A stretch of DNA of 64,000 nt, from NCBI GenBank assembly GCA_027023405.1, contig JALVVN010000044.1, forward strand, positions 102-64,101, read 5' to 3'. The stretch comes from Campylobacterales bacterium (lineage in GTDB: Bacteria > Campylobacterota > Campylobacteria > Campylobacterales > QNZT01). The notes below the pieces were generated by a model. The model saw nothing but the letters and a program-made list of their open reading frames with translations, was not told the origin of the DNA and did no database searches. Below, in pieces: positions 18,786-25,987 of this stretch (position 1 is its first letter; each line of letters starts with the position of its first letter). A program made the translations under genes and the position numbers.

Positions 18786-18847
18786 GAAAATGAAAACGAT
18801 TTGCATTTTAATAAAAATCAAAGCTTATGAGAGTTATAATCACATTT
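18786..18847 (+). promoter_or_regulatory. promoter region with two Fur-box-like sequences upstream of the beta-barrel/feoAB unit
   Basis: By hand count, 18786..18804 GAAAATGAAAACGATTTGC matches GATAATGATAATCATTATC at 13/19 positions. 18829..18847 matches at 12/19 and contains TATAAT (18835..18840). Confidence 0.35.
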
Positions 18848-18874
18848 TTAAAAAAGCATTCAAGGGAAAGAGGC

Positions 18875-19569
18875 ATGAAAAAGTGTGCCGTTTGGGCTAT
18901 GTTGTCGATAGGATTAGGGTTAAATTCGCTTTGGGCGGAACCTGTTTACCGTAGTGATCTGCGGTTAGGTTTAGAGCATCAGGAGGGATCACAGGGGGCG
19001 ATAGGCGGATCACTGGGAGTGGCGTAGAGTGGGGCGGATGGTATTACCGTCTCGGATCTGATAGTGCTTACTCCTACGGTTCGTTCGATCTCTCCTATGA
19101 TCATATAGTATGGCATGCGCAACTCGCCTACCAAAAGAGAGCCGATGCGGAGGATACGACGATCTACGGTGTGGCGTTTGATGCGGATTTTGCCCCTTTT
19201 TCACTCTCTTTGGGAGTTGATTTCTCCCAAGGAACGGCGGCTGAAAACGGCTTTGGCGGCGGTCCCTACTTTGTCAATATGGAGCATTTGACACTCTTTG
19301 ATGCGGGAGAAGATGCCCAAATGTATTGTGCGGAGATCGGTGTAGATTTGGGTGCGTGGCTCAGTGGCTTAACATTTTACGGCGCTAAAGCCCTTCTTCG
19401 TCATAATAACGCCCAAAAAGGGAGTGAGTTTGATGCCACACTCGCTTACGAAGTGTCGAAGCAGTGGAGCGTGAGAGCGATCTACTCTAGTGTCGATGAT
19501 AAGATGACCGATGCAGATTTTGAAAATATACGACTTTTTGTCGAACTACCGATAGAGGAGATATTGTGA
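18875..19569 (+). pseudogene. frameshifted small outer-membrane beta-barrel (OprD-like?) gene
   Basis: The signal-peptide ORF MKKCAVWAMLSIGLGLNSLWA... (frame 2) stops at 19027. Frame 1 is open from 18958 to 19569 and reads ...GVEWGGWYYRLGSDSAYSYGSFDLSYDH..., which looks like beta strands. One missing base between 18958 and 19024 would join the two. Confidence 0.55.
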
Positions 19570-19805
19570 AGTTAGATGCGTTACACAGAGGTGATTGTGC
19601 GAAGATTCTCAAGATTGAGTGTGATGAGCAGTTGCGACACCGCCTCTATTCGTTTGGGATTGTGCGGGGCGCGCAGGTGAAAGTGGTGGCATTTTCTATC
19701 AAGAAAAAGACGATCGAGATCGCACTCGGGCGTTCCAAAGTGGCGCTTCGTATCGATGAGGCACGAAAGATCAGCGTCGAAAAAGTAGAGGAGTGTCAAG
19801 AATGA
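19566..19805 (+). CDS. feoA: ferrous iron transport protein A
   Basis: 79 aa FeoA/SH3-like protein (GDCAKILKIECDEQLRHRLYSFGIVRGAQVKVV). The GTG start overlaps the upstream stop (GTGA). Confidence 0.85.
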   Translation: MKLDALHRGDCAKILKIECDEQLRHRLYSFGIVRGAQVKVVAFSIKKKTIEIALGRSKVALRIDEARKISVEKVEECQE

Positions 19806-21877
19806 AACGACTCACTATCGCACTCGTCGGTCAGCCCAATGTCGGTAAGAGCATGCTCATCAACGCCATCTCCGATTCGCATCTTAAAGTGGGTAACTTT
19901 GCCGGTGTGACAGTCGAGAAGAGTGAAGTGATCTTTGAGCGGGAGGGGATTGAGATCCATATCATCGATCTACCGGGTGCCTATTCGCTGAGTGACTATA
20001 CGATCGAGGAGCGGGTGACGCGGGAATTTTTAGAAAAAGAGTCCTACGATCTAATCCTCAATGTTCTCGATTCGACCAATTTGGAGCGCAATCTTTTGCT
20101 TACGACTGAGCTTTTGGAGTATGACAAGAAGATGGTGATCGCGCTTAATATGATCGATGAAGCGGAGAGAGAGGGGATCGGTGTCGATGTGGATCAGATG
20201 AGCGAGATTTTGGGTGCGCCCTGTATTAAGGTCTCTGCGAAGAAAAAGAAGGGGATCTCCAATCTCATCAACGCTTGTATTGATGTAGCCAAGGCTCCCA
20301 AAAAAGCTTCCAAGATGGTCTATAGCGATACGGTCGAAGAGGAGATTAAAAAGATCGCCGACTTTTTGGAGGAGAAGGGGTTTGTTTGCTCACTCGGGTA
20401 CAACTACCGAGATATCGCCCTGCGCCTGATCCAAGAGGATGAGCAGGTCTATAACCATATGCGCAAAAAGCCGATCTGGATTGAGTTGTTACCTCTCATT
20501 CGTCAAGCGCTCGATCACATCTATATCCACTACGATAGTAAAAATATCAAGGAGATCTTTGCCCAAGAGCACCACGCTTTTGTCAACGGTCTGCTCAAAG
20601 AGACACTCAAAAAAGAGAAGCCCAAGAAGCAGGATCTTACCGATAAGATCGATGCGATTTTGATTCACAAATATTGGGGGATTCCGATCTTTTTGTTTTT
20701 GATGTGGGGGCTTTTTCAGCTCACCTTTACACTCGGCGCTATACCGATGGATGCGATCGATACCATCTTTAGCAAGCTGGCGGATGTTGTGCGCGGTAGC
20801 TTGGGAGAGGGGGGATTGGGATCGCTAATCGCTGACGGGATCATCGGCGGTGTCGGTGCGGTAGTGCTCTTTTTGCCAAATATCATGTTCCTCTTTTTGG
20901 GGATCGCGCTTTTGGAGACGACGGGCTACATGAGTCGTGTCGCCTTTTTGCTTGATGGATTTTTCCACAAATTTGGGCTACACGGCAAGAGTTTCATCCC
21001 GCTTGTGACCGGTTTCGGGTGCTCCGTACCTGCCTATATGGCGGCACGAACGCTCAAAAATCCCAAAGATAAACTCATTACGCTCTTTGTGATCGGGTTT
21101 ATGAGCTGTTCAGCGAGACTGCCTATTTATGTGCTCTTTATCGGTGCCTTTTTTGATCAAGATAAAGCGGGAAATATGCTCTTTTTGATCTATATCACCG
21201 GTGCAATCTTCGGGCTCTTGATGGCAAAGCTTTTGCGTATGTTTGTCTTTAAAGGCGCGGATGAGCCCTTTGTGATGGAGATGCCCAAATATCGTCTGCC
21301 ATCTGCGCGTCTGCTGTGGCACACCGTGATGAACAATGCCTGGATGTACCTCAAAAAGGCAGGTACCTATATCTTGGCGGCGACGATGCTGATCTGGTTT
21401 TTGTCAAACTATCCTAAACCGGATGTTTCACAGTTGCAGGCTCAGAAGAACCTCTCGCAGATACAGCAGGAGAAAATAGCGCTTGAGCACTCCTATCTTG
21501 GGCAGTTTGGAAAATGGAGTGAACCCTTTTTTGCACCGTTAGGTTTTGATTGGAAGATGAGTGTGGCACTTGAAGCTGGCTTAGCGGCCAAAGAGGTAGT
21601 TGTCTCGACGCTCGGTGTCCTCTATTCACTAGGAAACAGTGCCAATAAGAAGAGTGCGGGACTGATGCAGGCGATTCGAGAGCAGATTCCACTCGCAAGT
21701 GCGATTGCCTTTATCGTCTTTGTGATGCTCTATCTGCCCTGTATTTCGGCGTCGATGGTCTTTGTCAAAGAGGCGGGAGGTTGGCGCTATCTAGTCGCAC
21801 TCTTTGGCTTTACGACGGCAGTGGCATGGTTGATGAGCTTTTTAGCCTATTATCTGGCGAAGGTGATTGTCGGATAA
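19802..21877 (+). CDS. feoB: ferrous iron transporter B
   Basis: N-terminal G-domain ALVGQPNVGKS and DLPG, then the polytopic FeoB membrane domain. The ATG at 19802 overlaps the feoA stop (ATGA). Confidence 0.95.
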   Translation: MKRLTIALVGQPNVGKSMLINAISDSHLKVGNFAGVTVEKSEVIFEREGIEIHIIDLPGAYSLSDYTIEERVTREFLEKESYDLILNVLDSTNLERNLLLTTELLEYDKKMVIALNMIDEAEREGIGVDVDQMSEILGAPCIKVSAKKKKGISNLINACIDVAKAPKKASKMVYSDTVEEEIKKIADFLEEKGFVCSLGYNYRDIALRLIQEDEQVYNHMRKKPIWIELLPLIRQALDHIYIHYDSKNIKEIFAQEHHAFVNGLLKETLKKEKPKKQDLTDKIDAILIHKYWGIPIFLFLMWGLFQLTFTLGAIPMDAIDTIFSKLADVVRGSLGEGGLGSLIADGIIGGVGAVVLFLPNIMFLFLGIALLETTGYMSRVAFLLDGFFHKFGLHGKSFIPLVTGFGCSVPAYMAARTLKNPKDKLITLFVIGFMSCSARLPIYVLFIGAFFDQDKAGNMLFLIYITGAIFGLLMAKLLRMFVFKGADEPFVMEMPKYRLPSARLLWHTVMNNAWMYLKKAGTYILAATMLIWFLSNYPKPDVSQLQAQKNLSQIQQEKIALEHSYLGQFGKWSEPFFAPLGFDWKMSVALEAGLAAKEVVVSTLGVLYSLGNSANKKSAGLMQAIREQIPLASAIAFIVFVMLYLPCISASMVFVKEAGGWRYLVALFGFTTAVAWLMSFLAYYLAKVIVG

Positions 21878-21896
21878 CACTTCGATTGCAATGTTT

Positions 21897-21924
21897 TACT
21901 CCCTAGATTTGATGCTAGGGAGTA
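21897..21924. terminator. bidirectional hairpin between convergent feoB and an OMP gene
   Basis: TACTCCCTAG (21897..21906) pairs with CTAGGGAGTA (21915..21924): a 10-bp stem with an 8-nt loop. Confidence 0.55.
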
Positions 21925-21933
21925 GGAAATGAC

Positions 21934-23124
21934 TTATCTAAGTCGATAAGTTAAACCAGTGAAAAATTTTGTATCCCAATCGGGTGTTTCGACACTTTGT
22001 CCATTTGTACCGTCGGTTTTACTTAGGGCAAGTGTGACATTAAATACCAACTCATTAGGGAGATAGTAGTTAAACCCTGTAGAGAGTAGATTGGTTGTTA
22101 CATCATCACCGACATCATATGCGTCATAGTGGAGTTTCCAGCTATTGTCCCAATCTATTTTATCTGATAGTTCGTAAGTGTATGTCATAGTATTGTCAAA
22201 CTGAAAATCCATTGCAGAATCGCTGTTGAGCACCTTTGAAATGAGAGCATGTTCAGTAAATTGCGCATCATATCCATATGGTTTTCCATACTCAAACTCT
22301 GCGTCAGCTGTTGTATCTTCACTTTCCCCATCATAGTTTGAGAGTATCTTTCCAAGACCTCCTCGTACTTTCCATCCATGGAAACGACCGCCAATTTTTT
22401 CATATGAGAAGATTTCGTTTATTCTAACAATCCCAAAAGCACCGAGTGACTCTTTTTTTAAAACACCGGCTTTTTTAAAGATTTTTTCCATATCTTCAAA
22501 CCAGTATTTTTTATACTCTCTTGCTCCATATTTACTTCGATACTCATCTTCAAGATCTATCACTCTAGCCAATTCTATCATTGCATCATCTGCAGGTACA
22601 CTGGATATGATTTTATATTTGGTGAGATCCTCAACAACGCGTAAGGCCTTTGCTAGAGATGTGGCATCATACATACGACCATATCCCATACCGGCACCCA
22701 CCTTGATGAAAGGATCATCTGCGCTGCTTGCTGTAACCTGTTTTCGATATCCTAAATCACCGCTTCCATAATAGAACCATGTGTCATCATTGTAGAGATA
22801 TTTATCAAATCGACTGGTTGCCGAGGCATCGTATTGACGGAGTATGTCATCGCTCTCGTTTGGGCCTCGTGACCAATCACCGCTTACAACCCCATTAGCT
22901 TGCCATGAAAAGGGTGCACTGTTGAAAATCGTTCTACCTGTCGCATCTATATGTGAGCTAAAACTGGTTTTATCTTGGTTCCCGTCTTCTACGGTAAGAG
23001 ATCCGTTTAGATAGGCATCCTGATAGGTTCCCTCAATAACTTTATAATCTTCCATATTTAATGCACTTGCGGATGTAGCACACAGAGCTGATACTATTGC
23101 CGATAGCAATAACCTTTTTTTCAT
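21934..23124 (-). CDS. hypothetical outer-membrane protein with signal peptide
   Basis: 396 aa with signal peptide MKKRLLLSAIVSALCATSASA. The N- and C-terminal parts are rich in alternating aromatic/Gly/Asp strand-like segments, and the central part looks helical. Confidence 0.55.
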   Translation of the reverse strand: MKKRLLLSAIVSALCATSASALNMEDYKVIEGTYQDAYLNGSLTVEDGNQDKTSFSSHIDATGRTIFNSAPFSWQANGVVSGDWSRGPNESDDILRQYDASATSRFDKYLYNDDTWFYYGSGDLGYRKQVTASSADDPFIKVGAGMGYGRMYDATSLAKALRVVEDLTKYKIISSVPADDAMIELARVIDLEDEYRSKYGAREYKKYWFEDMEKIFKKAGVLKKESLGAFGIVRINEIFSYEKIGGRFHGWKVRGGLGKILSNYDGESEDTTADAEFEYGKPYGYDAQFTEHALISKVLNSDSAMDFQFDNTMTYTYELSDKIDWDNSWKLHYDAYDVGDDVTTNLLSTGFNYYLPNELVFNVTLALSKTDGTNGQSVETPDWDTKFFTGLTYRLR

Positions 23125-23331
23125 TTTGTCTCCTCCTATTTTGTAAACAAATGTGGTGTTTGTGTAAATACACCAAAAAAAACTATTCTAAGAGCAACTT
23201 TATTTTCGATGTGCTCTGAATTTTTTGTGCTATATTTGCAAAAGCTTATGAGCATTTAGGGTTATTAGAAACGCTCTTGTATGGAATAGAATATTAGCAT
23301 ATATGAAATAATTTTTTGCTACTTAAGTAGC

Positions 23332-23901
23332 TTATTGGGTGTTCCAAATACCTATTTTTGCCGATCTCGCTGCTTTGTAGCAAGTCTTGAACTGCTCGGC
23401 ATATTTGGTATCGGGGGCGATGGTGAGTGGTATGGCGTAGCCGTTGCAGACGATGTCGAGATTGAGCATCTCATCTTTGCTAAACCATAGATAACCCAGT
23501 GTTCTACCGTAGCGATCTTTGAGATCTTCATCATATTCGAAGTAGTAGTTTGGATGGGAGGCGAGGAGTTGCCTTGTGTACGCTTTAGCGCGCTTTCCGC
23601 GTTCAATTACTTCATCGATAGTAAGGTTATATTCATAGGCTTGGCGGTAGGCTTTGTTGTTTTTGTGGGTCTCAAAGGTGTCGATCCCGATGAGGCGGAT
23701 CGTCGTGATCTTGCCCTCAAACTTCACTTTAATCGTATCGCCGTCGACGGTATAGAAATATCCTGGATCACTAAGATCACGGTCATAGATGTTGGTGTGT
23801 AGATCAGGGTAGGGAACGGTTGTAGGGGGTGAAGATGTGCGCATATCATCTCCGCAACCGCCAAATAATAATAGAAAAAGTGTCGCGAAAAGTAGTCTCA
23901 T
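23332..23901 (-). CDS. thermonuclease (staphylococcal nuclease, SNase) family lipoprotein
   Basis: Signal peptide plus a Cys (LLLFGGCGDD). SNase motifs DGDTIKV, IRLIGIDTFE and DRYGRTLGYLW are present. Confidence 0.85.
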   Translation of the reverse strand: MRLLFATLFLLLFGGCGDDMRTSSPPTTVPYPDLHTNIYDRDLSDPGYFYTVDGDTIKVKFEGKITTIRLIGIDTFETHKNNKAYRQAYEYNLTIDEVIERGKRAKAYTRQLLASHPNYYFEYDEDLKDRYGRTLGYLWFSKDEMLNLDIVCNGYAIPLTIAPDTKYAEQFKTCYKAARSAKIGIWNTQ

Positions 23902-24659
23902 CGTTCACCGTACTTTTTGATATCGCGAAAGTAGATCACCTTTTTGCCGGAAGGCTCAAGTGTCTTTTTCCACATCTCAAAGAGGTTAGTGTCTTGGATG
24001 AGGGTGGAGAGTTTGGTGTAGCCGTAGTTTCGCGGATCGAAATCGGGAAGCTGTTTTTTGATGAGATTCCCACATGCGGAGAGCGATGCCCAGCCATCCT
24101 CATCCGCACAATCCTCCATCGCATTTTGGAGGAGGGTGATGAGCTTTTTATCTCGTTTGATATCTTTGGTTTTTGGCTTGGGTGTAGTTTTGGCTTTTGG
24201 GGTTGCTTCAGCCTCTTCATCCAGTTTGCGTAGTACTTCGACATAGATAAAATCATCACATGCATTGATGAAGGAGATCGGCGTCTTTTTTTCTCCTACG
24301 CCGTACACATGGACTTGAGACTCTCGTAGTCTGGATGCAAGCGGAGTAAAGTCGCTGTCGCTTGAGACAAGAACAAAGGCGTCCACTTTGTCCGAGTAGA
24401 GCAGATCCATCGCATCGATGATGAGCGCCGCATCGGAGGAGTTTTTGCCTTGGGTGTAGCTAAACTGCTGTATGGGCTGAATGACAAGTTCATTCATCGT
24501 CGCTTTCCAATTTTTGAGGTGTTGGCTACTCCAGTCACCGTAGGCGCGCTTGACGATGATGTGTCCATATTTGGAGAGTTCTGTAAGGATGGAACCGAGC
24601 GATTTGAGTCTTGCATTTTCGGCGTCGATGAGAACGGCGATCTTTCTTTCTGTGTCCAT
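23898..24659 (-). CDS. NYN (LabA-like) domain protein with C-terminal OST-HTH/LOTUS domain
   Basis: Trimmed to MDTERKIAVLIDAENA.... NYN motifs DAEN, GDWS and LVSSDSDFTPL, a Lys/Pro/Thr-rich linker, then DGWASLSACGNLIKKQLPDFDPRNYGYTKLSTLIQ (LOTUS). Its stop overlaps the SNase start (ATGA). Confidence 0.8.
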   Translation of the reverse strand: MDTERKIAVLIDAENARLKSLGSILTELSKYGHIIVKRAYGDWSSQHLKNWKATMNELVIQPIQQFSYTQGKNSSDAALIIDAMDLLYSDKVDAFVLVSSDSDFTPLASRLRESQVHVYGVGEKKTPISFINACDDFIYVEVLRKLDEEAEATPKAKTTPKPKTKDIKRDKKLITLLQNAMEDCADEDGWASLSACGNLIKKQLPDFDPRNYGYTKLSTLIQDTNLFEMWKKTLEPSGKKVIYFRDIKKYGER

Positions 24660-24776
24660 TTTTTTCTCTTTTAGAAATATAAATTTTACATATACCAATC
24701 ATATGTAAATAAAACATTATAGTTTAATTTTAGTATTGATTTGTATACTATTGTAACAAAAAAGAAGGAGAAAAAG

Positions 24777-25409
24777 ATGAAAAGAGGTAAATTTGTAACA
24801 TTTTTTGCGGTATTAGCAGTTGTGTTACTATCGGGTGGATGTGGTAGTAGTACATCTCAAGATAAACCACTAGCAGTAAACAGTGTTCAGGCAGATAAAA
24901 ACGGTTCGAATCCATCAGATAAAGATCAAACAAAACCACAGCAACAAACAATGAGCAAACCCGGACCTTTCAAAAATGGAGAGTTCGGAAGAATCGATTT
25001 AACCAAAGAAAAGTATGACAAACTTGGCATAGATGACGGTGCAAAAGTGTTGGACGGCGGGATTCTCATTGATATTCGTAATTTGTGGGAACGAGAAGTG
25101 GATCAACCGGTAGAGGCAGAAAAAGCACTGTTGATTTATGAGATACGGGAGCTTGGTGCCGGTGGAAGAGAAGATTATGGTAAACGCCGACTCAATCCCA
25201 ACTTTGTCAAAGAGGTGACGGACTATGTCAAAGGTGATAAAAATCGTAAGATTATCTTGATTTGCCATACCGGTTCTCGTTCAGCAAAAGCGGCAAAACT
25301 ACTCTCTGAAAACGGTTTTACCAATGTCTATGATATCGAAGGCGGTTTTGCGGAGTGGGAGAAACATTTTCATACAGAGAAATATTCGCAAACCTATCAA
25401 GCAAATTAA
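24777..25409 (+). CDS. rhodanese-domain lipoprotein (sulfurtransferase-like)
   Basis: Trimmed to MKRGKFVTFFAVLAVVLLSGGCGSS (AAGGAG upstream). C-terminal active-site loop ILICHTGSRSAKAAKLL and GGFAEW. Confidence 0.8.
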   Translation: MKRGKFVTFFAVLAVVLLSGGCGSSTSQDKPLAVNSVQADKNGSNPSDKDQTKPQQQTMSKPGPFKNGEFGRIDLTKEKYDKLGIDDGAKVLDGGILIDIRNLWEREVDQPVEAEKALLIYEIRELGAGGREDYGKRRLNPNFVKEVTDYVKGDKNRKIILICHTGSRSAKAAKLLSENGFTNVYDIEGGFAEWEKHFHTEKYSQTYQAN

Positions 25410-25445
25410 GCTATAATCACGGCAAAACTATCTTTAGGAGATGCC

Positions 25446-25928
25446 GTGATAGAAGTCATCATTACCGGTGGTACCATCGCCAAACGCTACGATGAGATCA
25501 GTGGAGAGCTTCTCTTTGATGCGGATCATGTGCAAAAGATGCTCTCTCAAGCACGCGTCACACAATATCTCAAGATCACCACACTCTTTTTGAAAGATTC
25601 ACTCGATATGGATGCAGAGGATCGTGTGCAGATCGCACAAGCTATTGCGCAGAGTAGTACCTCTAAAATATTAGTGCTTCACGGAACTGATACGATGGTG
25701 CAAAGTGCTCAAGCGGTAGATCAGATCGCTGATAAACGCATCGTTTTTACGGGTGCAATGATCCCTTTTGCTTTTAAAAATTCTGATGCTTTGTTTAATC
25801 TCGGAACTGCATTCGGCGCACTTGCTTCCGATAAAGCGGGGGTATTTATCGCGATGAACGGCAAAGTGTTTGCCGGGGATCGGGTTCAAAAAGATAGAAA
25901 AATGGGAAAATTTGTAGCAGTGGACTAA
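25446..25928 (+). CDS. asparaginase N-terminal-domain-only protein
   Basis: 160 aa with ITGGTIAK, LHGTDTM and FTGAMIPF, the conserved L-asparaginase N-domain motifs. No C-terminal domain. GTG start with AGGAG 5 nt upstream. Confidence 0.7.
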   Translation: MIEVIITGGTIAKRYDEISGELLFDADHVQKMLSQARVTQYLKITTLFLKDSLDMDAEDRVQIAQAIAQSSTSKILVLHGTDTMVQSAQAVDQIADKRIVFTGAMIPFAFKNSDALFNLGTAFGALASDKAGVFIAMNGKVFAGDRVQKDRKMGKFVAVD

Positions 25929-25987
25929 CATTTTTCCTTAATTTTCCGATATAATTATTAAAGATTTTCAAGATTATCGGGGGTTAA

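Noticed and set aside
18993-18997. G5 tract as a possible phase-variation switch for the frameshifted beta-barrel gene
   Set aside because: The tract lies within the interval where the frameshift must be. Five G is shorter than the tracts known to slip at useful rates in Campylobacter and Helicobacter, and the protein sequence reads at least as well if the indel is nearer 19020. I cannot support a phase-variation claim.
23318-23331. Palindrome GCTACTTAAGTAGC at the 3' end of the thermonuclease gene
   Set aside because: The stem is only 5 bp with a 4-nt loop. On the transcribed (minus) strand it is followed by an A-run, not a U-run. That is too weak to call a terminator.
24903-24913. GGTTCGAATCC, a perfect tRNA T-loop-like string
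   Set aside because: It lies inside the rhodanese lipoprotein CDS. The flanking bases do not form a T-stem (ACGG versus CCAT), and no acceptor or anticodon arms can be drawn. I treat it as coincidental.
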